From: Candidatus Eiseniibacteriota bacterium
Lineage (GTDB): Bacteria; Eisenbacteria; RBG-16-71-46
Direction of reading: 5' to 3'
DNA length: 64,000 nt
Assembly: GCA_041483195.1 (NCBI GenBank)
Contig: JBGPFC010000007.1
Coordinates: 32,001 to 96,000 of the forward strand
Shown piece after piece: positions 6,519 through 15,826 of this stretch. How positions within the stretch are numbered: position 1 is the stretch's first letter; every line of letters begins with the position of its first letter. Both the position numbers and the translations under genes were made by a program. Below the pieces are notes generated by a model. The model was not told where the DNA came from and ran no database searches. It was given only the letters and a program-made list of their open reading frames with translations.

Positions 6519-7724
6519 TCAGAGGTATCGCAGGGCCCCGAATCCCGCGCGCTCCTTGAGCAGGCGATACCCGCGAGCGAGCGGGAACATGATCGCCATT
6601 CCCGCGATCCAGACCAGCGCGTATCGCAAAGCATCGTGGCGCGGGGCGAGGTGCAGCCCGGCGCGGCCGATCACCTTGTAGACCGCCAGGTGGAGGACGT
6701 AGACGAACAGCGGCGCCTGGCCGAACACGACGAGCCAGCGCCCCGGGCCGCGATCGAGCGGCACCTTACCGCTCCAGAGCAGCGCGAGCGCGAAGGCGGC
6801 GAGCCCCAGATTGAACGCCATGAAATCGAGCCCCGGCGGCCCCTTGCTCATGATGAACAACGCGCCACCGCCGTGCGGCGCCAGCCGCGTGGCGAAGGTC
6901 CCGTATCCGAGATCGAGCCCGAGCGCGAGCCACGTCAGGAGCGACACCACGCCCATCGCGGCCCAGGTGAGCGGGCGCCGGAGCACGGGCCGCCACAGGT
7001 TCCGGCCGAGCGCGTACCCGATGCCCATCGGCGCGATCCAGCCCAGCACCGGAAACGCGACACCCGGCGAATGTCGCATGTCGTACGCGAGCCACATGCG
7101 AGCCCCGAGCCCGCCGTGGGCCAGCGCGCCGTGGGCGTTGGCGAGCAGCCACGGGTAGCCCGCGAACAACGCGAGCATGGACGAGACGAGAACCAGCGGC
7201 GGCAGGAATCGCAAAGCGGACATGAGCACCATGCTCACCGCAAGGGCCGAGAGCAGCTCGAAGTCGTAGCCGTACTTGAAATGATGGACGCGCGCCCACA
7301 GCAGCGGCATGACGGTGATCTCGATCGCGACCAGCACCGCGGCTCGCACCAGCAGGAACCGGGTCGTCGGCCACTCCGAGCCGAAGCGCCAGCGGTTGTG
7401 CTCGGCGAGCAGGGCGATGCTGATCCCGCTCAACAGCCAGAACATCGGGGCCGCGACGTTGGTGAGGAGCCCGATGATCTCGTACGCCGGCCCTCCCATC
7501 GCCGTCGGTCGCCCGGCGTAACGCTCGGCGACCACGTTGATGCGCGTGAAGAACGCGGAATGGTCGAGCGCCATGAGCGCCACCGCGAGCCCGCGTGCGG
7601 CGTCGAGCGCGAGGACGCGATGCGGTCGCGCGGTCGAAGGCGCGGCCGCCGGCGTCGCGGCCGGCCGGCCGGGGACGTGCTCGGGCTCGCGATGATCGCG
7701 GGCGGCGGTGGAATGCTGGGCCAT
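6519..7724 (-). CDS. DUF1624 / heparan-alpha-glucosaminide N-acetyltransferase-like membrane protein
   Basis: RVLALDAARGLAVALMALDH, AAPMF, SKGPP motifs; about 10 TM helices. Confidence 0.8.
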   Translation of the reverse strand: MAQHSTAARDHREPEHVPGRPAATPAAAPSTARPHRVLALDAARGLAVALMALDHSAFFTRINVVAERYAGRPTAMGGPAYEIIGLLTNVAAPMFWLLSGISIALLAEHNRWRFGSEWPTTRFLLVRAAVLVAIEITVMPLLWARVHHFKYGYDFELLSALAVSMVLMSALRFLPPLVLVSSMLALFAGYPWLLANAHGALAHGGLGARMWLAYDMRHSPGVAFPVLGWIAPMGIGYALGRNLWRPVLRRPLTWAAMGVVSLLTWLALGLDLGYGTFATRLAPHGGGALFIMSKGPPGLDFMAFNLGLAAFALALLWSGKVPLDRGPGRWLVVFGQAPLFVYVLHLAVYKVIGRAGLHLAPRHDALRYALVWIAGMAIMFPLARGYRLLKERAGFGALRYL

Positions 7725-7830
7725 GAGGGTCGCTCGCAGGACGAACGCATGCGCCAGCCGCCGGCGCTCGCGGCCCACGAGGCCGGTCCGGGGCGGTGCC
7801 TAGAAGTTTTCGGCAGGCCCCGGCCGGGAG

Positions 7831-7908
7831 TTGAGCACGGGCCAGAGGGCCCGGGTATTGAGCACGGGCCTCAGGGCCCGGGTACTGAGCCCGGGCCCGA
7901 GCGGCTCG
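7831..7908 (+). repeat. 27-bp tandem repeat with internal palindrome (2 copies plus 1 degenerate)
   Basis: TTGAGCACGGGCCAGAGGGCCCGGGTA / TTGAGCACGGGCCTCAGGGCCCGGGTA / CTGAGCCCGGGCCCGAGCGGCTCG. Confidence 0.8.
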
Positions 7909-7920
7909 CTCAGCGGGCGG

Positions 7921-8754
7921 TTACCACAGCTCGCCCTGCGGCCACAGCGATTTCGCGTCGACCGGGATCAACCCGAGACGCCGCTTCATCTCGTTCGCGC
8001 TGGCGGGCGAGTGACCGGCCCAGTGGTTGTTGAAGTAGCCGAACACCTCGCGCACCGCGGGCAGCACCCGGATCAGATCGCGCTCCCATGCGTCGAACGC
8101 GTCGGCGCGATCGATCTGGACGCGGTCGTAGGTCTCGATCTCGCGCCGGTCACCGAGCCAGCGCAGGTAGAGGAAATCGGCGGTCACGTCGGTGAGCCGC
8201 GGCAGCTCGCGCCATTGCGTCCAGGCCAGGGCCGCGTGCCGCGCGCGCAGCAGCTCCGCGGTGGCGGGCACGTGCCAGGATGCGTTGCGGAATTCCATCG
8301 CGAGCCGCACCGCGGCGGGCGAGGCCGCGAGGAAGCGATCGAGCAGTCCGACGTTGCCGGCCTCCCGCGTGAACTCGGCGGGCATCTGCACCAGCAGCGG
8401 CCCGAGCTTCTCCCCCAGCGGCTCGAGCGCGCGCGCGAAGGCCTGCATCTGTTCCCCGACCTTCGAGAGCCGCGCGGTGTGGGTGATGGCCTGTGGCACC
8501 TTCGCGGCGAACCGGAAATGCGCGGGAGTGTGCCGGTCCCACGAGCGCACCACGGAGGCGCGCGGCGGATGGTAGAAGGTGGTGTCGAGCTCGACGGTGT
8601 CGAACACCCGCGCGTAAAACGGCAGGTAGTGTTCCTGCTTCGACCCCGGCGCGTAGAACACGCCGATCCAGTCGGGGTATGACCAGCCCTGCGTTCCCAG
8701 GTGGATCGCGGCCCCGGCTGCGGCGCGAGCGACGCGCGCCTTGCCCGCGCTCAT
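7921..8754 (-). CDS. DUF72 family protein (YecE-like)
   Basis: IHLGTQGWSYPDW..VFY, VELDTTFY, FAAKVPQAITH, YFNNH..GHSP. Confidence 0.9.
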   Translation of the reverse strand: MSAGKARVARAAAGAAIHLGTQGWSYPDWIGVFYAPGSKQEHYLPFYARVFDTVELDTTFYHPPRASVVRSWDRHTPAHFRFAAKVPQAITHTARLSKVGEQMQAFARALEPLGEKLGPLLVQMPAEFTREAGNVGLLDRFLAASPAAVRLAMEFRNASWHVPATAELLRARHAALAWTQWRELPRLTDVTADFLYLRWLGDRREIETYDRVQIDRADAFDAWERDLIRVLPAVREVFGYFNNHWAGHSPASANEMKRRLGLIPVDAKSLWPQGELW

Positions 8755-9737
8755 GGCTTCCGCGATCCGCGATGGGCCGCGCCGGCCACTCGATGGGCCG
8801 CGCCGCGCGCGAGCGAGGCGACGGCGTGCGCGGAGACCGCGGCGCCGGACCTCGCCCCCTCGCCCAGATTCGCGAGCGTGCCCTCGCCGAGATACCGGCC
8901 GAAGAATGCGAGCACGCGCCGCTCGTACTCGGCACCGTGCAATCGCCACGCCTGGTTGTGACCCTCCGGCAATAGCCAGATCTCGTCCTTCGCGCCGGCC
9001 GCGCGCCAGAGATCCCGGGCCTGCTCCGGCGCGAAGCGATCGTCCCGCAGCGCGTGGATGAAGAGCAGCGGGCGGCTCCTCAGCGACTCGGCGGCCGCGA
9101 TCGCGTCGAGCGCCCCCGGATCGTATCCGGTCAGCACGCGGCCGCCCGCGCGCGCCAGCGCGGCCGCCGGCCAGCGGGGCACGTGGGCCCAGCGCTCGGT
9201 CGCGTCCTCGATCGCGCGCGCGCCGGTCGCGAACGGGCAGTCCGCGACCACGGCCGCGATCTCGGGATGGCGTGCGGCGAGCCACAGCGCCACGCTGCCA
9301 CCCAGCGATTCGCCGAGCACGCCGATGCGATCCCGCCGCAGCGCGGGATCGCGCTCCACCCATTCGAGCGTGGCTTCTGCGTCGATCGACTCGTAGTGGC
9401 CGAGGGTGGTGGGCTTGCGATCGTGCACGCGCGACGAGCGAAAATCCACGGTGACGACCCCGTAGCCCGCGCGCAGCAGGAACGCGGCATAGCGCCAGGC
9501 GCGGGTGTGGTCGCGGCCGTACCCGTGAAACAGGAGGACGACTTCGCGGCGTGTTCCCCCGAACACCCAGCCATCGATCGTGTCGTCTCCCACCGGGATC
9601 GACACGCGCCGCGCGGTGCGATCGAGGTCGACGGCGCCGCCGAGGTCTCGCGGCACGCCGGGATAGAGCGCGAGCCACGCCGATGCAGCTGCGAAGATCG
9701 CGAGCGCCGAGATCGCGAAGAACAGGAAGCGTTTCAT
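8751..9737 (-). CDS. Alpha/beta hydrolase, membrane-anchored
   Basis: N-terminal TM, LLFHGYG, GESLGG nucleophile elbow, DD and GHN catalytic residues. Confidence 0.85.
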   Translation of the reverse strand: MKRFLFFAISALAIFAAASAWLALYPGVPRDLGGAVDLDRTARRVSIPVGDDTIDGWVFGGTRREVVLLFHGYGRDHTRAWRYAAFLLRAGYGVVTVDFRSSRVHDRKPTTLGHYESIDAEATLEWVERDPALRRDRIGVLGESLGGSVALWLAARHPEIAAVVADCPFATGARAIEDATERWAHVPRWPAAALARAGGRVLTGYDPGALDAIAAAESLRSRPLLFIHALRDDRFAPEQARDLWRAAGAKDEIWLLPEGHNQAWRLHGAEYERRVLAFFGRYLGEGTLANLGEGARSGAAVSAHAVASLARGAAHRVAGAAHRGSRKP

Positions 9738-9769
9738 AGGTGATGCGCCGGGGCGCTCCCGCGCCCGGA

Positions 9770-10912
9770 TCAGCGCGCGAGCGTGAGCCCGCGCGGCCCC
9801 ACGTATTCGGACTGGGGACGGATCAGATGGTCCTCTGCGTGCTGCTCGATCACGTGCGCGCACCAGCCGGCGACGCGCCCGCACGCGAACATCGCGACGA
9901 AGCTCCGCGGCTGGAGCCCGAGCGACTGCAGCACGAGCGCGGTGTAGAACTCGACGTTGGTCTTGAGATTGCGGCCGGGCTTGTGCTCCTCGAGCACGCG
10001 CAGCGTGGTCTGCTCGACGGCGCGGGCGAGATCGAACAGCTTGCGATCGTGCAGCACGGCGTTGCCCATCTCCTCCGCCGTCTTGCTCAGCACCTCGGCG
10101 CGCGGATCGCGCACCTTGTACACGCGGTGCCCGAATCCCATGATGCGCCTCCCGGCGGCGAGCTCCTTCTTGATCCATGCCTCCGCGTTGTCCGCGCTGC
10201 CGATCTCGACCAGCATGTCGAGCACCGGGCCCGGGGCACCACCGTGCAGCGGGCCCTTCAGCGCGCCCACCGCGCCGGTCACCGCGCTCACCATGTCGGA
10301 GCGCGTGCTGGCGATGACGCGGGCGGCGAAGGTGGAAGCGTTCATGCCGTGGTCGATCACCGTGACCCAGTAGGTGTCGAGCGCGCTGGCCGCGAGCGGA
10401 TCGGGCTCGCTGCCGTGCACCATGTAGAGATAGTTCGCGGCGAGGCCCAGATCGGCGCGGGGCGCGATCGGCTCCTTCCCCGCCGCGATGCGGGTGTGCG
10501 CAGCAACGATCGTCGGGAATCGCGCCGCCAGCATCATGGCCCGCGCGAGATCGGCCTCGCGCGCGATGTCGTCAGGATGCGCGATGTCCAGCGACAGCGT
10601 CGCGCAGGCCATGCGCAGCGCGTCGATCGGCGAGGCCTTGGCGGCCGATCGGATCACCTCGAGCGTGGTCGCGGGCAGGGCGCGCAGCGCGGCCATCTCG
10701 GCACGCAGGCCCGCAAGCTGCTCGCGCCCCGGCAGCTCGCCTTTCCACAACAGGTAGGCCGCTTGCTCGAAGCTCACCCGGCCCGCCAGCTCCTTGAGCT
10801 CGTAGCCGCCGATGATGAGGACGCCGCCGACGCCGTCCACGTGGCTGAGGCGGGTCTGCGCCGCGACGACGCCGTCGAGTCCGCGGGGCGCCGGGGTGGT
10901 GGTGCCTGCCAT
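9770..10912 (-). CDS. Citrate synthase / 2-methylcitrate synthase
   Basis: DHGMNASTF, GPLHGGA, IMGFGHRVYKVRDPR, TNVEFY. Confidence 0.93.
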   Translation of the reverse strand: MAGTTTPAPRGLDGVVAAQTRLSHVDGVGGVLIIGGYELKELAGRVSFEQAAYLLWKGELPGREQLAGLRAEMAALRALPATTLEVIRSAAKASPIDALRMACATLSLDIAHPDDIAREADLARAMMLAARFPTIVAAHTRIAAGKEPIAPRADLGLAANYLYMVHGSEPDPLAASALDTYWVTVIDHGMNASTFAARVIASTRSDMVSAVTGAVGALKGPLHGGAPGPVLDMLVEIGSADNAEAWIKKELAAGRRIMGFGHRVYKVRDPRAEVLSKTAEEMGNAVLHDRKLFDLARAVEQTTLRVLEEHKPGRNLKTNVEFYTALVLQSLGLQPRSFVAMFACGRVAGWCAHVIEQHAEDHLIRPQSEYVGPRGLTLAR

Positions 10913-11006
10913 GCATCGCTCCTTTCGTGGCGGGATCGGGAAACGGATCGAACGCGACTATCGCATCGCACGGGCGCGGCGGGCAACCGCACCCCGGGCC
11001 GCGCGT

Positions 11007-12206
11007 TCAGCTCACGCCGCGAATCACCAGCGGATCGTCCGAGCGGCCCTCACGCGCCGCCCAGCGGAAGTAGACGACGCTCATCACGCCCCAGTAGAAC
11101 AGTCCGCCCGGCACCCACATGATGAGCCCGCCCAGACGCTGATCGTCCACCGCCGACATGCCCCACAGCCGGGGCGCGAACGTGTACCAGTCGTACAGTG
11201 GCCGGGCCGCGAACGTGATGGGCGCGGCGACCGCCATCATCGGAATGCCGAGCAGGAACAGGTAGAGCATCTGCCCGCCGGGATTCAGCGGGCGCTCCAC
11301 GGCATCGCCACCGGCCACCGGCCACCACATGAGCACGGCGGTCGCCATCACCATCAGGTGCATGACGATGTGGAAGCCGTGCTCGCGCATCATCAGGTTA
11401 TAGAGCACCGGCACGTGCCAGATCGAGAACACGATGATGTAGAGCACGAATCCGGCCGGCACGGCGCCGAAGGTATTCCAGAGTCGCGCGAACGGGCGGG
11501 ACTCGAGCATGCGACGCCAGAGCCACGGGGGGATGCCGAGGATGAACAGCGGCGGGAACACCTGCGCGAGGAGCAGGTGCTGCACCATGTGGGTGCTGAA
11601 GAGGTAGAGATCGCTGAGATCGTGGAGCGGACCGTCGAGGGAGACCAGCACCACCACGAGTCCCGCGAGGAACGTTGCGGCGCGCCCGGACTCGAAGCGG
11701 CCATTGGGCGCGCCGAGACGGCGGCGCAGCGGCCCCAGCGCCAGCAGGTGGAGGGCGGCGAGCAGCCCGCATCCCAGCAGCACGCTCCACTCCCACCGCC
11801 ACGGCCAGAGCGCAACGCGTGGCGCCGGCTGATCGCGGAACGGATACACCGCATTGATCGCGATCGCCGCAGCGCCCGCCCGCCGCCACACGTGCGCTCG
11901 AATCGCGAAGGTGTCGCCGAGCGCGTCGAGGAATCCCTGCCTGGGATCCTCCCAGTGGTTCTGCCCGATGATGGTGTAGAGCTTGCGCTGGCGGATGTCG
12001 AGGAAGTACATGCCCTGCTCGACCCGGCCGCTCACCATCGCGCACTGGCGCTGCGCGACCCCCTGCATGCCGTGCTGGAAGATGCACACCGGGTCCACGA
12101 ACTCGCCGACCAGGTAGATGCTGTCGGGATTCGCGTCGCCGGGGCCGGCCCACGCCGGCGCGGCGAGCGCGCACACGAATCCCAGCGTGATGAGCAGCTG
12201 GCGCAC
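11007..12206 (-). CDS. ctaG: Caa3-type cytochrome c oxidase assembly factor CtaG fused to an N-terminal exported domain
   Basis: C-terminal half has LFSTHMVQHLLL, WHVP.LY, DQRLGGLIMWVPG; N-terminal signal peptide and GEFVDPVC...QCA domain; RBS GAGGA before GTG. Confidence 0.8.
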   Translation of the reverse strand: MRQLLITLGFVCALAAPAWAGPGDANPDSIYLVGEFVDPVCIFQHGMQGVAQRQCAMVSGRVEQGMYFLDIRQRKLYTIIGQNHWEDPRQGFLDALGDTFAIRAHVWRRAGAAAIAINAVYPFRDQPAPRVALWPWRWEWSVLLGCGLLAALHLLALGPLRRRLGAPNGRFESGRAATFLAGLVVVLVSLDGPLHDLSDLYLFSTHMVQHLLLAQVFPPLFILGIPPWLWRRMLESRPFARLWNTFGAVPAGFVLYIIVFSIWHVPVLYNLMMREHGFHIVMHLMVMATAVLMWWPVAGGDAVERPLNPGGQMLYLFLLGIPMMAVAAPITFAARPLYDWYTFAPRLWGMSAVDDQRLGGLIMWVPGGLFYWGVMSVVYFRWAAREGRSDDPLVIRGVS

Positions 12207-12288
12207 GTTCAAGGTCCTCGGTCGATGGCGGGCCGCCGGCGGTCGCCGGGTCCGGGCCGGCATTGTAGTCGAAAATCGCACGGCGCGA

Positions 12289-13926
12289 TCAGTCCCCGCC
12301 GCTCAGCTCCTCGATCAGCGCGACCGGGCTCAGCGTTTCGCCGGTGGCCCGCTTCAGCGTCTCCCGCCAGTCGAAGAGACGCCCGCTCCGATAGAGCTTC
12401 GTCTTCAGGAATGATCCGACCTCCGGGCTCGCGACGTAGCGCTGCCACGCGCCGGCTCCACCCTGCAGCACCGTCCGCAGGATGTGGCGTTGGAGCTGCG
12501 AGGCCATCATCTCCCCGAGCATGTAGTTGTGGTAGTAGACCGGAGCGATGCTGAAGTGGATCTTGCTCGCCCAGTCGGGCGCGTGGCGTCCCTCCGGGCG
12601 TTTGAGCCACTGGAAGCGCTCGACCAGGTCCCACCACAGCGTCTCAAGATCTTGCCCTGGATCGCGATAGAGCGCGCGCTCCATGTGACACATCACCAGG
12701 CACCAGCGGGTCTGCACCAGCAACTGGCCGCGGATCGAGCGCGCGACCGCCGCGGCCTTCTGTTGCGCTTCGCTCCCATCCACCCCCGCGTAGCGTGCGA
12801 GCCACGCCGCGTTCTTGGTGAGCCGCCCGAACAGCATCGCGCTCGCCTCGGTGCTCAGCGTGTGCGCAGGGGCCCGAAGCAGGAACGGCAGAGCGGCGTC
12901 GATGTACTTGTCGTACACCGCGTGCCCGAACTCGTGGAGCATGGTGCCCATCCAGCGCTCGTTGGATTTCAAGTTGCAGAGCACCCGGATGTCGGGACCG
13001 TGGTCGACGGAGAGGCAGAACGCGTGCTGGCATTTCCCCGGCTTCTCGTAGAGGTCGGCCCGCGCGAGGAGGTCGTCGATCTCGAAGCCGACCGCCTGGT
13101 AGAAGGTCCGGGTCAGATCCTCCAGCGAGCGGCCCGCGAAGCAGGGATCGAGATCGACCTCGGCGGCGGGCGCCTCCTGGAAGAAGGGATCGCTGTAGTG
13201 CCAGGCCCTCAGCTCTCCGGGCGCGACGCCGAAGCGCCGGGCGAGGCGCTCGTCGAGGTCCCCCTTGTAGCGCTCGAACAGCGGACGCGTGCCGTGATCG
13301 AGCGCCTCGAGGATCGCGAACAGCTCGCTCTCGTCGAGCTCATCGAGGGTGAGCCTCATCGAGTAGTAGTTGTCGAACCCCAGATCGCGCGCCGACTGGT
13401 TCCGCAGCGCGACCAGCGCGAGCAGCTCGCCGCGCACTTCGCCCCCGATCTGTTTCGCGGCCTCCCACGCTCGGCGGCGCCGCGCCGAGTCGTCGGAGTC
13501 GCGCAGCACGTCGTGCAGCTGATTGTCGGTCACGCGATCGCCGTCGAGCGTCGCGCGGAAATTGTTGAAACGGCTCTCCAGGCTCTTCTCGAGCTTCACC
13601 ATGCGACCGATCAACTCGGGCGGGATCTGATGCGCCTGGAACTCGTGAAGCAGCAGCACCAGCTGGCGCTGGAGCCGCGGCTCATCCACCCCGCCCGCGC
13701 CCCGCAGCGCGCGCAGCGTGCGATAGGGCTCCGGGCGCGCGAAGATCATGCGCAGCTCCGCGTCGAGCCGCGCGCTCTCCGCCTCGTGCACGGGATCGCC
13801 GGTGATGTTGGCCTGCCACACCGCTTCGTTGTGGCGGCGATGCAGGGGCTCGACCTCGCCTACCAGGTCATCGATCAGCGCGGCGAGCGCGGTGCTGCGG
13901 TCTTCCGGCGAGGCGTACTCGGGCAC
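12289..13926 (-). CDS. M2/M3-family zinc metallopeptidase (peptidyl-dipeptidase A-like)
   Basis: HEFGH zinc motif, TEASA, KIHF..APVYYHNY; TATAAT upstream near 14027-14022. Confidence 0.88.
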   Translation of the reverse strand: MPEYASPEDRSTALAALIDDLVGEVEPLHRRHNEAVWQANITGDPVHEAESARLDAELRMIFARPEPYRTLRALRGAGGVDEPRLQRQLVLLLHEFQAHQIPPELIGRMVKLEKSLESRFNNFRATLDGDRVTDNQLHDVLRDSDDSARRRRAWEAAKQIGGEVRGELLALVALRNQSARDLGFDNYYSMRLTLDELDESELFAILEALDHGTRPLFERYKGDLDERLARRFGVAPGELRAWHYSDPFFQEAPAAEVDLDPCFAGRSLEDLTRTFYQAVGFEIDDLLARADLYEKPGKCQHAFCLSVDHGPDIRVLCNLKSNERWMGTMLHEFGHAVYDKYIDAALPFLLRAPAHTLSTEASAMLFGRLTKNAAWLARYAGVDGSEAQQKAAAVARSIRGQLLVQTRWCLVMCHMERALYRDPGQDLETLWWDLVERFQWLKRPEGRHAPDWASKIHFSIAPVYYHNYMLGEMMASQLQRHILRTVLQGGAGAWQRYVASPEVGSFLKTKLYRSGRLFDWRETLKRATGETLSPVALIEELSGGD

Positions 13927-14100
13927 GAGGGAGTCTCCGGGGCGGGTTCGAAGCCTGCATCGCGTGAACCGCGGGACGAGACGGTCCCGGGTCCGCCGCG
14001 ACGATTACGCGAAGGCGCGGCATTATAGATGGGGGTCCGCCGCCGACACAATCCGCGCGGGCGCCGCGAAGCGCCCCGCGAGAAGCCGCGGCTCCGGGCC

Positions 14101-14931
14101 CTAGTCCTCGCGCGCCCCGGCGCGCGGCGCGACCAGCGTGCGATAGAACCGCGGGCGCCGCGACCGGAACAGATGCGTGATGGCGGTCAGCGACTTGTCG
14201 CGGGACAGCGCGAGATCCGCGGTCACGGCATGCGCGCCGGTCTCGCGCTTGCCGGCCCGCGCCAGCACCTCGCCCCCCGGCGCGACGATCTGGCTGCGGC
14301 CGGTGAATGGCACGCGTCCACCCGCGCGATGCTCGATGCCGGTGCGGTTCGCGGTCACCGTGAACACGCGGTTCTCGATCGAGCGGGTGAGCATCGCGGT
14401 CTGCGCGTTCGCGAACACCAGGTTCGACGGATGGGCGATGACGTCGGCACCGAGCAGCGCGAGCGTGCGCGCGGCCTCCGGAAACCGCCAGTCGAAGCAG
14501 ATCATGAGCCCCACCCGCGCCGCACCCACGCGGTGCACAGACCACGGCAGGTTCCCGGGCGCGAACCACTCCTGCTCGCGCTCGAACAGGTGGAGCTTCC
14601 GGTAGACCGACTTCACCCCGCCCGGTCCGACCAGCAGCGCGCTGTTGTAGAAACGCCCGCGGCTGCGCTCGGGAAATCCCGCGACGTAGTGGCGGCGCTC
14701 GCGCCGCGCGGCCGCGATCAGCGCCCGCGCGGTGGGCCCGCTCGCGGCGTCCTCGGCGAGCGCTTCGACCTCGGCGTGGGACGAGAACACGTAGCCCGAG
14801 CTCCACAGCTCGGGCAGCACCATGAGGTCGGCATCGACCGTCGCCGCCAGCGCCAGACCGCGCTCGAGGTTTTCCGCGGTACGCCCGAAGCGCGGCGCCC
14901 CCTGCGCGAATGCCACACGAATGCTCGCCAC
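14101..14931 (-). CDS. Carbon-nitrogen hydrolase (nitrilase family)
   Basis: LPEL, YRKLHLF, ICFDWRFPE catalytic E-K-C triad. Confidence 0.9.
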   Translation of the reverse strand: MASIRVAFAQGAPRFGRTAENLERGLALAATVDADLMVLPELWSSGYVFSSHAEVEALAEDAASGPTARALIAAARRERRHYVAGFPERSRGRFYNSALLVGPGGVKSVYRKLHLFEREQEWFAPGNLPWSVHRVGAARVGLMICFDWRFPEAARTLALLGADVIAHPSNLVFANAQTAMLTRSIENRVFTVTANRTGIEHRAGGRVPFTGRSQIVAPGGEVLARAGKRETGAHAVTADLALSRDKSLTAITHLFRSRRPRFYRTLVAPRAGARED

Positions 14932-14975
14932 GCGCGCACCGTAGCCGGTTCGCGCGGACCCGACAAGCCGCGCGC

Positions 14976-15500
14976 TCAGCCCGCCAGGCGGTCGATGGTG
15001 CTGTCGCCGCCGGTCAGCGGGGCCCCCGCGCTTTCGGCGAGCCCGAGTTGCGCGACCGATGCCGCGTTGAGCAGGTGCACACCGCTGGAGGTCAGCAGCA
15101 CGAAAAAGCCGGAGCCGAGCTGATTCATGTAGTCCGAGACGCGCTGACTCTCGCGCTGCAGCGGCATCCACACCCGGCCCATGAGATTCGTGCCGTCCAC
15201 CAGCAGTAGCTCGACCTCCTCCTCGCGCCACGGCAGGAAACTGCGCGAGTAGACGTCGCTCTGGATCACCGTGCGGCCGATCGTGACGCGGGTCAGCGCA
15301 GCCTTGTTGAAGAGATGCGAGCGCCCCTCGTCCCCGATCGCGACCGCGAGGAAGCGCGCCGACTCGTTCAGCTTCTCGACGATCGTCTGGTGGCGATGGT
15401 TCTCGGCGTCGAGATCGAGGAAGATGTGGCCAGGGACGCCATGCAGCGTGTTCGACCACAGCGTCACCGGCACGCGCCGCTTCGGAATGTAGTGGTCCAT
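14976..15500 (-). CDS. Hypothetical protein with two tandem small beta domains (DUF6812/Sm-like, tentative)
   Basis: Two similar halves (G.IFL...EKLN...FL.V...LFNK; G.VWM...DYMN...FFVL...LLNA); RBS GAGGA. Confidence 0.6.
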   Translation of the reverse strand: MDHYIPKRRVPVTLWSNTLHGVPGHIFLDLDAENHRHQTIVEKLNESARFLAVAIGDEGRSHLFNKAALTRVTIGRTVIQSDVYSRSFLPWREEEVELLLVDGTNLMGRVWMPLQRESQRVSDYMNQLGSGFFVLLTSSGVHLLNAASVAQLGLAESAGAPLTGGDSTIDRLAG

Positions 15501-15826
15501 GAATGTCCTCTCGGCGCGACCCGCGTCGCACGGCACGATTCCCGGCGCTCCGCCGGGCAGGCCCGCCCGATCTTCGAGCGGTCGGCTGAAACCTGGCGGC
15601 GCGGAATCGGCCACCACTAAGCAACACCTCGGCCGGAGCGCATCAGGGATCCGGGGCCCGCCGGGCCCGCCGCCAAGTCGCGGCCGGCGCGCGCGGGACG
15701 CGTGCGAAGCTGCGCGGTCACGGCGGGATGTTCCCCGCGCGCGTTGCGAATCGCACGGCACCGGCGCCGCACGGGCCCCCTTCTGCACGGCGGGCCGTGC
15801 CCGGCACCTCTGCTACACTGACCGCA

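Noticed and set aside
7831..7908. CRISPR array
   Set aside because: Repeats are directly tandem with no spacers, and there are no cas genes.
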